DNA from: Candidatus Latescibacterota bacterium
GTDB lineage: Bacteria; Latescibacterota; UBA2968; UBA8231
Reading direction: 5' to 3'
Assembly: GCA_965221775.1 (NCBI GenBank)
Contig: CBDCSU010000006.1
Coordinates: 768,001-832,000, forward strand
DNA: 64,000 bases
The notes under the pieces: model-generated
Database searches by the model: none
The model's input: the letters and a program-made list of their open reading frames with translations, nothing else
Told to the model about the DNA's origin: nothing
Shown here: positions 49,662-58,350 of the stretch, one piece after another
Layout: every line of letters begins with the position of its first letter
Numbering within the stretch: the first letter of the stretch is position 1
Position numbers and translations under genes: made by a program

Positions 49662-50942
49662 ATGGAACGCGACACCGCCTTCGAGATGGCCACCTCCAGC
49701 ATCCGCTACGGCTCCGGGGTCACGGCCGAGATCGGCATGGACCTGGCCGACATGGGGGCGCGGCGGGTGCTGCTGGTGACCGACCCGAACCTGTCGCGCC
49801 TGGAGCCGGTGGCGGTGGCCCGCCAGTCGCTGGACGACGCCGGGGTCGAGCATCAGCTCTTCGACGGCGTCCACGTGGAGCCCACGGACGCCTCCTTCGG
49901 CGAGGCGGTCGACGTCGCCACGGAGGGGGGCTTCGACGCCTATGTCGCCGTGGGCGGCGGCTCCAGCATCGACACGGCGAAGGCCGCCAACCTCTACGCC
50001 ACCCATCCGCCCGAGGACTTCCTCGACTACGTGAACGCCCCCATCGGCCGCGGTCTGCCGGCGCCGGGCGCCCTGAAGCCGCTCATCGCCGTGCCGACGA
50101 CGGCGGGCACCGGCTCCGAGACGACGGGGGTGGCCATCTTCGACCTGGTGGAGATGAAGGCCAAGACCGGCATCGCCCACCGGCGGCTGCGGCCGGTGCT
50201 GGGCCTCATCGATCCGGACAACACGCGGAGCCTGCCCCCGGCGGTGGCCGCCTCCACCGGGCTCGACGTGCTCAGCCACGCCCTGGAGTCGTACACGGCC
50301 GTCCCCTACGACCGCAGGCCGCGGCCCGAGAGGCCGGTGCTGCGGCCGGCCTACCAGGGCGCCAACCCGATCAGCGACCTGTGGGCCCTGCGGGCCCTGG
50401 AGATGATGGCCGCCTTCCTTCCCCGGGCCGTGGCCGACCCCGGCGACGACGAGGCCCGCGGGCAGATGCTGCTGGCCGCGGCCTTCGCCGGCATCGGCTT
50501 CGGCAACGCCGGCGTGCACCTGCCCCACGGCATGTCGTACCCGGTGGCCGGCATGGTCCGCGACTACGTGCCGGAGGGCTACGGCCTCGACTACCCCGTC
50601 GTCCCCCACGGCATCGCCGTCATCGTCAACGCCCCGGCGGTCTTCCGCTTCACGGCGGCGGCCGATCCCGGGCGCCACCTCACGGCCGCCCGCATCCTCG
50701 GGGCCGACGTCAGCGGCGTGAGCGACGACGACGCCGGACGGGTGCTGGCCGATGCCATCGTCGGCCTCATGCGCCGCCTCGACATACCCAACGGCCTGTC
50801 CGCCCTCGGCTACGGGCGCGGCGACATCCCCGCCCTGGTGGAGGGCACCCTGCCGCAGCACCGCGTCACCAAGCTGTCGCCGCGCGAGGCCGGGGCCGAA
50901 GAGCTGGCGGCGCTCTTCGAGGACGCCCTGGCCTACTGGTAG
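49662..50942 (+). CDS. Hydroxyacid-oxoacid transhydrogenase (iron-containing ADH family)
   Basis: GGGSSID, PTTAGTGSE, GFGNAGVHLPHGMSY. Confidence 0.9.
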   Translation: MERDTAFEMATSSIRYGSGVTAEIGMDLADMGARRVLLVTDPNLSRLEPVAVARQSLDDAGVEHQLFDGVHVEPTDASFGEAVDVATEGGFDAYVAVGGGSSIDTAKAANLYATHPPEDFLDYVNAPIGRGLPAPGALKPLIAVPTTAGTGSETTGVAIFDLVEMKAKTGIAHRRLRPVLGLIDPDNTRSLPPAVAASTGLDVLSHALESYTAVPYDRRPRPERPVLRPAYQGANPISDLWALRALEMMAAFLPRAVADPGDDEARGQMLLAAAFAGIGFGNAGVHLPHGMSYPVAGMVRDYVPEGYGLDYPVVPHGIAVIVNAPAVFRFTAAADPGRHLTAARILGADVSGVSDDDAGRVLADAIVGLMRRLDIPNGLSALGYGRGDIPALVEGTLPQHRVTKLSPREAGAEELAALFEDALAYW

Positions 50943-50951
50943 GAGAAACCA

Positions 50952-52049
50952 ATGCTGCGCATCGTCGACCAAGGCATCATCTCCCACGTAGAGGGCCGCG
51001 GCGCCTACATGCCGTGGATCACGCCGCTGGCGGACGGCTCCTTCATCGCCAGCCAGCATGTGGGGTCCGACCTCGGATCCCCCGACAACCACGTGGTCGT
51101 GCTGCGCTCGGAGGACGGCCGCCGGTTCACGGAGGTCGGCTTCGCCAGCCCCGCGGGTGACGGCTACGCCTACCGGGGACCGCAGATCAGCATCGCCGGC
51201 GACGGCCCCCGCCTCGTCATGACCTGCTCGCGCTTCGAGAACGAGGGCGACGGACGGCTCTTCGACCCCGACACCGAGGAGCTGCAGCGGCCGGAGCTGT
51301 GCCTGTTCTGGTCCGACGACGGCGGCGCCTCCTGGTCGGAGCCGCAGGTCGTGCCCGTCGACCTGCCGCCGGAGCGCTACACCTGGAACGGCGCCGGCCA
51401 GCTGCTGCAGTTGGCGCCCGACCGCTGGCTGTTGCCCCTGGAGACCTGGAAGCCGAAGGGGTACGAAGGCCCGCCCGACCAGCGGACGTGGGCGATCTTC
51501 TCGGCCGACGGCGGCGCCACCTGGGGCGAGCTGACCGAGGTCGCCAACGATCCCTCGGGCAAGATCCTCTACTGGGACCTGATGAACTGCCGGCTGGCGG
51601 ACGGCCGCGTGTACGCCCTCATCTGGACCCACCTCTACGGCACCAGCGACGACATCGAGAACCACTGGGTGGTCTCCGAGGACGAAGGACGCACCTGGTC
51701 GGAGCCGCGGCCGACGAACCTGCGCGGACAGGTCTGCACCCCCGTCCCCCTGGCCGACGGCCGGGTCGCCGCCGTCTACAACTACCGCCACGAGCCCCAG
51801 GGCGTGCGCGCCGCCCTCACCGAGGACTTCTCCACCTTCGACACCGACAACGAGGTCGTCCTCTTCGACGCCGGCGCCGAGGCCACCCTCGGCAGCCCCG
51901 ACCACGACAACTTCCTCGCCGAGCACATGCTCATCGCCTTCGGCAAGCCCGGCGGCCGGCGCCTCGACGACGGAACCCTGTTGACATGGTTCTGGTGCAC
52001 CTCGGGGGGCGTCACCCACACGCGCTGGGTGCGGCTCGAGGTGGACTGA
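50952..52049 (+). CDS. Sialidase-like BNR-repeat protein
   Basis: Asp-boxes SEDGRRF, SDDGGASW, SADGGATW, SEDEGRTW. Confidence 0.8.
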   Translation: MLRIVDQGIISHVEGRGAYMPWITPLADGSFIASQHVGSDLGSPDNHVVVLRSEDGRRFTEVGFASPAGDGYAYRGPQISIAGDGPRLVMTCSRFENEGDGRLFDPDTEELQRPELCLFWSDDGGASWSEPQVVPVDLPPERYTWNGAGQLLQLAPDRWLLPLETWKPKGYEGPPDQRTWAIFSADGGATWGELTEVANDPSGKILYWDLMNCRLADGRVYALIWTHLYGTSDDIENHWVVSEDEGRTWSEPRPTNLRGQVCTPVPLADGRVAAVYNYRHEPQGVRAALTEDFSTFDTDNEVVLFDAGAEATLGSPDHDNFLAEHMLIAFGKPGGRRLDDGTLLTWFWCTSGGVTHTRWVRLEVD

Positions 52050-52071
52050 GCCACCCCGGCGCCACGCGGCC

Positions 52072-52797
52072 TCAGCGGCCGCCGTCGTTTCCCGTGTAGA
52101 CCCGCTCGCCGCGCACCAGCACCGCCTTGCCGTCCGGCGGCCCGGCGAGCTCGTCGGCGCTGCGGTAGCCGATGGTCATGCTCGTGCGCGTGCCCTCGGT
52201 GCGGTTGGGGCCGATGCGGTGGAATACCAGACTGTCGATGGCCAGCAGCCCGCCCGCCGGCATGGGCACCGGCACCGCCTGCCCGGTGACCCGCGACTCC
52301 CGGATCCAGTCCTGCTCCTCCAGCCGGTGCAGCCGCGCCTCGCCGGGCAGCAGGTGCGTGCCGGGGATGACCTGCGTGCAGCCGTTGTCGAGGGTGGTCT
52401 CCTCGAGATAGTGGATCACCGTCAGCAGCCCCCGGCTCCACTGCAGGACGTCGCGGTGGAAGTAGTCGGAGCGCGCCGAGGCGACGTTCAGGGTGGCGTG
52501 GTTGTGACGGTTGAGGACGACCTCGATGTTGGGGCCGAGAAGCGCTTCCAGCGGGTCGAGGACGGCGGCATGGGCCGCTGCTTCCCGAAAGACCGGCTCC
52601 CTGTCCCACACCTGCGACAGGCGCACCACGCGATCTTCGGAGTCGCGCACCACGGGCTCGGCCCCGGCGCGCACGTCGGCGTCGATCGCCTGGCGCAGCC
52701 GCGCCGCCAGCTCTTCCGGCAGGCGCCCGTCGAGCTTCAGGTAGCCGTTGTGCCGGAACAGCCGCACCTGCTCCGCTGTCAGCGCCGGTCCGCTCAT
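52072..52797 (-). CDS. Phytanoyl-CoA dioxygenase family protein
   Basis: F..NGY, HRD, NGC..IPGTH, H...PN.T..TR. Confidence 0.88.
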   Translation of the reverse strand: MSGPALTAEQVRLFRHNGYLKLDGRLPEELAARLRQAIDADVRAGAEPVVRDSEDRVVRLSQVWDREPVFREAAAHAAVLDPLEALLGPNIEVVLNRHNHATLNVASARSDYFHRDVLQWSRGLLTVIHYLEETTLDNGCTQVIPGTHLLPGEARLHRLEEQDWIRESRVTGQAVPVPMPAGGLLAIDSLVFHRIGPNRTEGTRTSMTIGYRSADELAGPPDGKAVLVRGERVYTGNDGGR

Positions 52798-52867
52798 GTC
52801 AGCTCCCCGGGTCTCCGTTTTCGCAGCCGTTTGCCGTCACCCCGACGGCCCCTCAAGTTCTTCCCTC

Positions 52868-54445
52868 ATGACGCGCGTGCAAAATGTGAACACCACCGAC
52901 CTGAAGGCCGCTCTCGAGTTGGGTAGCCGCTGCATGAGCGGCCTCTTCAACGCCGACGACCCGGAGGGCGTCGCCTTCTTCAGCTCCAGCCTGCGGCCCG
53001 AGGCCCGCCTCTCCTTCAGCGTCGCCCACTCCGAGTCGCACGTGCCGGGCCGCCACCTGAACGCCCTGCTCGAGGCCGAGGACGCCGCCGGCATCGAGGT
53101 CGACGAGGAGGTGGTGCGCCGCCACCGCCACGCGGCCCTGCTCTCCTACTCGGGAGCGGCGCCGCTGGCCCTCAACCGCACGGAGATCGGCGGCCCCCTG
53201 GTCTCCTTCTGTCCCCACAACCTGCGCGAGGGCTTCCACGCTCTCTACGCCCTGGCCGCCTTCCGCGGCGACGGCGAGGCGGCGGAGCTGGCCGAGCGCA
53301 GCGTCCGCTGCATCTTCGATCTGTGGTCCCCCGAAACGGGCTGGGACGAGGCCCGCCTCGAATCCCTGGGCCTGGAGCACAAGGCCTGCCAGGGCTTCGT
53401 CCACGGCGAGGCGCGCATGCTCGGCCCCCTCGTCAAGATCCACCGGACCACGGGCTCGGCCGCCGCCCTTGAGCTGGCCCTGGTGCTGCGCGACAAGCTC
53501 CTGGCCGAGGCCTTCCCCGAGGACGGGTCCTGGGACCCGGAGGGCGTCGGCACCACCCACGTGCACTCCATCACCTGCTGCCTCTCCTCCCTGGCGCAGC
53601 TGGCCGCCCACCTCGGCGACGCCGTCCTGATGCAGCGGGTGCGTGCGTTCTACGATGGCGGCCTCTGGCAGCTGCGCGACGAGATCGGCTGGACCCCGGA
53701 GTCGACCACCGAGACCGACTCCGATCACGGCGAGGCCAACAACACGGGCGACATCCTCGAGACCGCCCTGATCCTCGGCCGCCACGGCTGCGCGGCGGCC
53801 TTCGCCGACGCCGAGCGCATCCTGCGCTGCCACCTGCTGCCGAGCCAGCTCCGGGACGCCTCCTTCATCGAGGAGCCCCCCAACCCCGAGGGACTCGACG
53901 GCCTGCGGGACATGGCCGGCCGCCACCTCGGCGCCTTCGGCTTTCCCGCCCCCTACGGCCACGAGTCCGCCGGCCAGGGGCGGGCGAACCTCTCCTTCAA
54001 CATGGATATCGTCGGCGGCGCCTGCGCCTCCATCGCCGCCGCCTGCCGCGAGGTGGTCCGCGCCGACGGCACCGGCGTCCACGTCGATTTGTGGTTCGAC
54101 TGGGAGAGCGAGGCGGCCTGCGTCCAGTCGCCCTGCACGCACGACGGGCGGCTCACGGTGCGGGTCGGGCGGGCGGGGCCGTTGTGGCTGCGGCTGCCTC
54201 CCTGGCTGGAAGGTGGTCTGGCGCTGACCGGCGATGCTCCCGAGCCTCGCCGCCTCGGGGATCACCTGTTCTGGGGCGGCCTGCCCGCCGGGACCTCGGT
54301 CGAGGCGCGGGTCGATCTTCCCGATCGGGAGGTCGTGCTGTCCCCCCACCTGCACCGCCGGCCGATCCGCGCTCGCCTGCGCGGCGACTCCGTGGCCGCC
54401 ATGGACGGCTTCGGCGCCGACCTGACCTTCTTCGATCCCCTCTGA
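52868..54445 (+). CDS. (alpha/alpha)6 glycoside hydrolase-like protein (GH127-like)
   Basis: HVHS, GE.NNT.D, AERILR.HL, LRLPPW pattern. Confidence 0.6.
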   Translation: MTRVQNVNTTDLKAALELGSRCMSGLFNADDPEGVAFFSSSLRPEARLSFSVAHSESHVPGRHLNALLEAEDAAGIEVDEEVVRRHRHAALLSYSGAAPLALNRTEIGGPLVSFCPHNLREGFHALYALAAFRGDGEAAELAERSVRCIFDLWSPETGWDEARLESLGLEHKACQGFVHGEARMLGPLVKIHRTTGSAAALELALVLRDKLLAEAFPEDGSWDPEGVGTTHVHSITCCLSSLAQLAAHLGDAVLMQRVRAFYDGGLWQLRDEIGWTPESTTETDSDHGEANNTGDILETALILGRHGCAAAFADAERILRCHLLPSQLRDASFIEEPPNPEGLDGLRDMAGRHLGAFGFPAPYGHESAGQGRANLSFNMDIVGGACASIAAACREVVRADGTGVHVDLWFDWESEAACVQSPCTHDGRLTVRVGRAGPLWLRLPPWLEGGLALTGDAPEPRRLGDHLFWGGLPAGTSVEARVDLPDREVVLSPHLHRRPIRARLRGDSVAAMDGFGADLTFFDPL

Positions 54446-54542
54446 GCCGCAGGGACACGTCGACCCCATGGCCGCCGAGGCGTGTGGACGCCGAGGATGT
54501 CCCATGAGAGCCATCATTAAGGCTTCCTGTCCCCTTCGCCGG

Positions 54543-54646
54543 CCGACAGCGTGCACTTCTGCCTGCCCTTCGATTACGAGCAGTGGCGACTTGATCATCC
54601 ACGGCCTGGGGCCAAGCCGCTGGCAGATCTGAACGTGGGGGAGCCA
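54543..54646 (+). pseudogene. Probable remnant of a secreted-protein N-terminus
   Basis: Reads DSVHFCLPFDYEQWRLDHPRPGAKPLADLNVGEP and then degenerates; assignment from recall only. Confidence 0.35.
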
Positions 54647-54822
54647 CAACCGCCCCTTTCGCCAGGAGGTGGTGACCGAAGTGCCGGGGTGGTCGCCGCA
54701 GCGCGCGGGGTCGACTCCCTGGGCACGGCCTCGACGCCGCTCCACGGATTCACCGACATCGACCTCAGGCACCTAGGCGCGCACCGCGGAGAGCTCTCCA
54801 GTGTGTGGACAAAGCGCACACA

Positions 54823-55125
54823 ATGGATGAATTTCGGAGTGTGCCCGGCTTCGATTGGAACCTGGAGAAGAACCGGCAACTCGCCGAGCAGCGGGGGGTC
54901 TCATTCGAGCGCGTCGTCTCCGCGATCGAGCAAGGCGGTCTGGTGGACGTGCTGGAGCACCCCGCCCAGGAGCGGTATCCGGGACAGATGATCTATGTCG
55001 TGGACATCGAACAGTACCTCTACCTCGTGCCCTTCGTGACCGATACGGACGGCACGAGGTTCCTGAAGACGGTCATCCCCAGCCGGAAGGCGACGCGGGA
55101 CTATCGCAGGAGGCGATCATCGTGA
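54823..55125 (+). CDS. BrnT-like toxin
   Basis: FDWN.EKN..L...RGVSFE, HP...YP.Q, VPFV, FLKT.IPSRKAT; upstream palindrome TGTGTG-N9-CACACA (54802-54822). Confidence 0.8.
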   Translation: MDEFRSVPGFDWNLEKNRQLAEQRGVSFERVVSAIEQGGLVDVLEHPAQERYPGQMIYVVDIEQYLYLVPFVTDTDGTRFLKTVIPSRKATRDYRRRRSS

Positions 55126-55397
55126 GCGACCAACTGAACGCCGAAGACCAGGAGATCCTGGAGAAGTTCAACCGGGGCGAGCTGCGCCGCGGTGCCGGCG
55201 CCGACGACGAGATGGAGGCTGCGCGTCAAGCGGCCCGCAGCACCTTCAACAAGACCCGGCGGGTCAACCTGAGGGTGACCGAACGCGACTTCAACCTCGC
55301 CCACGCGCGCGCCCGGGAGGAGGGGATCCCATACCAGACGCTGCTGTCGAGCGTCATCCACAAGTACCTGGCCGGCAGATTGACGGACAGGACATAG
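55122..55397 (+). CDS. BrnA/CopG-like antitoxin
   Basis: GTGA overlap; RVNLRV..RD, EGIPYQTLLSSVIHKY. Confidence 0.82.
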   Translation: MSDQLNAEDQEILEKFNRGELRRGAGADDEMEAARQAARSTFNKTRRVNLRVTERDFNLAHARAREEGIPYQTLLSSVIHKYLAGRLTDRT

Positions 55398-55428
55398 CAC
55401 ATACCGCGAGTCCGCCCCGGGCGGGCGG

Positions 55429-56709
55429 TCAGGCGCTCGACAGGGCGGTCTTGTACACGGTGTAGTTCTTCAACACCTTCTTCACGTAGATCCGCGTCTC
55501 CTTGTAGGGGATGCGCTCCACGAAGGCGTCGGCGTCGTCCAGCGGAAGGCGCCCGACCCACTGCTTGGCGGCGGAGGGCCCGGCGTTGTAGGCGGCCAGG
55601 CCGAGCTCGAAACCGACCTCCCGGGTGCGGCCCGAGGCGAAGGAGCGCATCTGCTCGCCGAGGTAGCACGAGCCCATGCGGATCGAGACCTCCGGGTCGG
55701 CCAGCAGGCCCTTCTCGAAGTCCCCCATCCCCACCTTGGAGGCCAGGGAGCGGCCCGTTCGCGGCATGATCTGCATGACGCCCAGCGCCCCGGCATGGGA
55801 CTCGGCCTGCTCCTCGAAGTGGCTCTCCTGCCGGATGACGGCCAGCACGAGGTAGGGATCCAGCCCGGCCTCGCCGGCAGCCGTCCTCACCTGCTCCCAC
55901 GAGAAGCCGGCGCCGTCCGGGGCCGGGTGCTGGTGGTCGCCGCGGCGCCCCGGGGTCCCCCGGTATCCCATGCTGACGGCCCGCGCCGAGTAGTAGGAGC
56001 GCGGGAACTGGTCGGCAACCGTCTGGAAGAGCACTTCGGCCTCCCGCTCCAGACCCAGATGCCTGGCGCTCTTCCCGGCCCAGAAGAAACTCTGATCGAC
56101 GAGGTGCGGCTCCGAGGCGTCGACGCCAACCCTCTGGAACAGGTAGAGCGACTCCCGGTAGCGCTCGGCGCAGTACAGCATGAAGGCGGCGCTCCAGTTC
56201 GCCTGGTCGCGCATCGGACTGTCAGGGTGCTCGTCCACCAGTTGCCCGAACAGGTCGCGGGCGCGGGTGTAGTCGCCGCCGCGCTCGGCCGCCTTGGCCG
56301 CCTGCCACAGGGCCTCGTCGGCGAGTTCGTGCCCGGGGTGCTCGGCCGCCAGCCGCGCGAAGGTGACGACGGCCTCCTCGTCGCGGTGGAGGCGCACCTG
56401 GATCCCGCCCGTCTCGTAGAGGCTGTCGGGGTCGGCGGGCTGCTCATCGCGCTCCCCGGCGCCGGGCACCGCCGGAGGGAGGGAGAGGGAGTCGGTGCCG
56501 GTCCCCTGCCGCTCGGGCGAGGGACCTCTGCCGCTCGGGTCCGCCGGTTGCCGCGCCGCGGGCGCCTTCTCCGCGGCCCCGTCCGGCGACCGCAGGGCGA
56601 GGCGGGTCTCCATCAGCAGCGCCCCCGCGAGGAACACCCCGGTCAGGGCGATCCCGGTCACGGGTCCGAACTCCTGCTTCCTCTTTCTCGGTGGCCTATT
56701 CATGGTCAT
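55429..56709 (-). CDS. Lytic transglycosylase (SLT domain) with TPR-like repeats
   Basis: AVIRQES, GALGVMQIMP, AAYNAG, IPYKETR.YV; N-terminal TM segment. Confidence 0.9.
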   Translation of the reverse strand: MTMNRPPRKRKQEFGPVTGIALTGVFLAGALLMETRLALRSPDGAAEKAPAARQPADPSGRGPSPERQGTGTDSLSLPPAVPGAGERDEQPADPDSLYETGGIQVRLHRDEEAVVTFARLAAEHPGHELADEALWQAAKAAERGGDYTRARDLFGQLVDEHPDSPMRDQANWSAAFMLYCAERYRESLYLFQRVGVDASEPHLVDQSFFWAGKSARHLGLEREAEVLFQTVADQFPRSYYSARAVSMGYRGTPGRRGDHQHPAPDGAGFSWEQVRTAAGEAGLDPYLVLAVIRQESHFEEQAESHAGALGVMQIMPRTGRSLASKVGMGDFEKGLLADPEVSIRMGSCYLGEQMRSFASGRTREVGFELGLAAYNAGPSAAKQWVGRLPLDDADAFVERIPYKETRIYVKKVLKNYTVYKTALSSA

Positions 56710-56718
56710 GCTCCCCGT

Positions 56719-56886
56719 TCAAGGCTGCGGCGGGTCCCCGGGCGCCTCCTCCACCGACCCCTCCAGCTCGCGGAGGGTGTGACGGATGCTTTCGAGACAG
56801 GCCCGGATCTCGCGGTCGAGTTCCTCGAGCTGTCGATCGATCCGTTGTCGCGTCCCTGGATCTTCCTTGCCTCTCCGCCCATTCAT
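56719..56886 (-). CDS. Small coiled-coil protein (55 aa, below the ORF-track cutoff)
   Basis: RBS AGGAGAG then ATG; MNGRRGKEDPGTRQRIDRQLEELDREIRACLESIRHTLRELEG... Confidence 0.55.
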   Translation of the reverse strand: MNGRRGKEDPGTRQRIDRQLEELDREIRACLESIRHTLRELEGSVEEAPGDPPQP

Positions 56887-56942
56887 CTCTCCTGGCGTTG
56901 CCTTTCCCTCCCAGGTGGCGTTCGCTTTCCCCGGCCTGGATT

Positions 56943-56958
56943 AGCAAAGCCCATGCCT
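56943..56958 (-). promoter_or_regulatory. Putative sigma54 (-24/-12) promoter
   Basis: aGGCATGGGCTTTGCt = GG-N10-GC; AT-rich IHF-like tract at about 57005-57025. Confidence 0.55.
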
Positions 56959-57236
56959 CCCCCCTGGGGACGGCCTGAACCGTCCCTGGAAAGAGGTCTT
57001 ATCCTGCTGTTTTACAGTGAGTTAGGGAGATGTCGAGGAAGCGGATCCCGACATCGGTGGCGGCGGTGCGAGGGGGAAAATTCCGGTGGGCCGACGGTGG
57101 GCCGACGGGAAAAACCTGCCGGCGACTCAGGCGCGCCGATCAGGTCGCTGGAGCCGTCCCCGGGGCCGGGGGCGGACAGCGGCGGACCGCGGCCCCGGGG
57201 CGGAGCCAGGCCAGCCTCGTCCCCGCGACCGGGGGA

Positions 57237-58313
57237 TCACCACTTGCCGGCGCGGTACTCCGTGAGGGCGCGGTCCATCAGCCGGCGGGCCCCCGCCCGG
57301 GGCTCCTCGTCCTGGAGCTGGCGGTAGATGCCGGCGAAGATCTCCACGTCGTTCTCGATCTCGGTCTCGAAGCCGGGGACGATCTGGCGCGTGTAGTACC
57401 GGGCCAGCCCGGCGTAGGCGGCGTACGTCGTCCAGTCCAGCTCGCCGCTGGCCAGGTCGCGCGCCTCCGCCTCCCGGAACAGGTCCAGGAGCAGGTGCAT
57501 GCCCACCTCGTGGACGATGAGGCCCAGCATGTGATCGGGGTCCCCGATGGGGGTCAGGAGACTGCGGGCGTATCCCAGCCCCGTCACCCCGCGGCCCCCG
57601 GGGGCGGAGGTGAGGACGATCTCGTAGCGGCGGCCGCGGAAGCGCACGCCCGCCTTGCGCTCCCAGGTGCCGATGAGGTCGAGGGACCACAGCTCGCCGT
57701 TGAGGTGGTCGGCGACCGGCTCCAGGTCGTCCTCGACCTCGGGCCACACCCGGTCGTACCAGGCCGGGTAGCTGCGCTCGTACACCGACACGAGCTGGCG
57801 GATCGCCCGCAGGTAGCCTTCGTAGACCTCGGCGCGGCTGTAGAAGAACCCCTCGAAGTCGAAGAGCCAGTCCTTCAGGCGCTCGTGGGCGCGGTGGTAG
57901 GGGTCGCGCAGCTCGCGGTAGTCCCGGTTGCGCATGGCCTGGTCGAGGGCGTGGAGGTACTCGAACAGCTCGTGCTCGCTCTCCAGGGGCAGGTAGGCGG
58001 GCAGGAGCACGAAGAACGGGGCCAGGTCGCCGGTGACGCCCTGACCCCACTGCAGGGCCGGCGCGTGCAACTGCAGGACATGGGCGGACTCGGCGTCCAC
58101 CGTGTGGCCCCAGGCCTCGGCGTACGGGTTCGGCCAGGGGAGGCCGGCCACGGCCGTCAGGTGCAGCAGGTAGTTGGGGACCGCCTCGACGACGCAGACC
58201 GCCTCCGCCTCGCCCTCGCCGGCGAAGACGGGGCCCCCCGACGGCCGCGCCGCCGGAGCGGCGCAGCCGGCGGCGAGCAGCAGCAGCGGCGCCAGGAGAG
58301 ACCAGCGTCTCAT
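57237..58313 (-). CDS. Hypothetical lipoprotein, possible Zn-peptidase
   Basis: Lipobox LAAGC; HEVGMH motif. Confidence 0.7.
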   Translation of the reverse strand: MRRWSLLAPLLLLAAGCAAPAARPSGGPVFAGEGEAEAVCVVEAVPNYLLHLTAVAGLPWPNPYAEAWGHTVDAESAHVLQLHAPALQWGQGVTGDLAPFFVLLPAYLPLESEHELFEYLHALDQAMRNRDYRELRDPYHRAHERLKDWLFDFEGFFYSRAEVYEGYLRAIRQLVSVYERSYPAWYDRVWPEVEDDLEPVADHLNGELWSLDLIGTWERKAGVRFRGRRYEIVLTSAPGGRGVTGLGYARSLLTPIGDPDHMLGLIVHEVGMHLLLDLFREAEARDLASGELDWTTYAAYAGLARYYTRQIVPGFETEIENDVEIFAGIYRQLQDEEPRAGARRLMDRALTEYRAGKW

Positions 58314-58350
58314 TCGTTCCGCGGGGATCCCCGGGCTCCCGCCGGCGGCC

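Noticed and set aside
48528-52019. Long N-terminal part of the 1453-aa minus-strand ORF
   Set aside because: Antisense to fbp, the transhydrogenase and the sialidase-like gene; only the last ~290 aa (SDR) are credible
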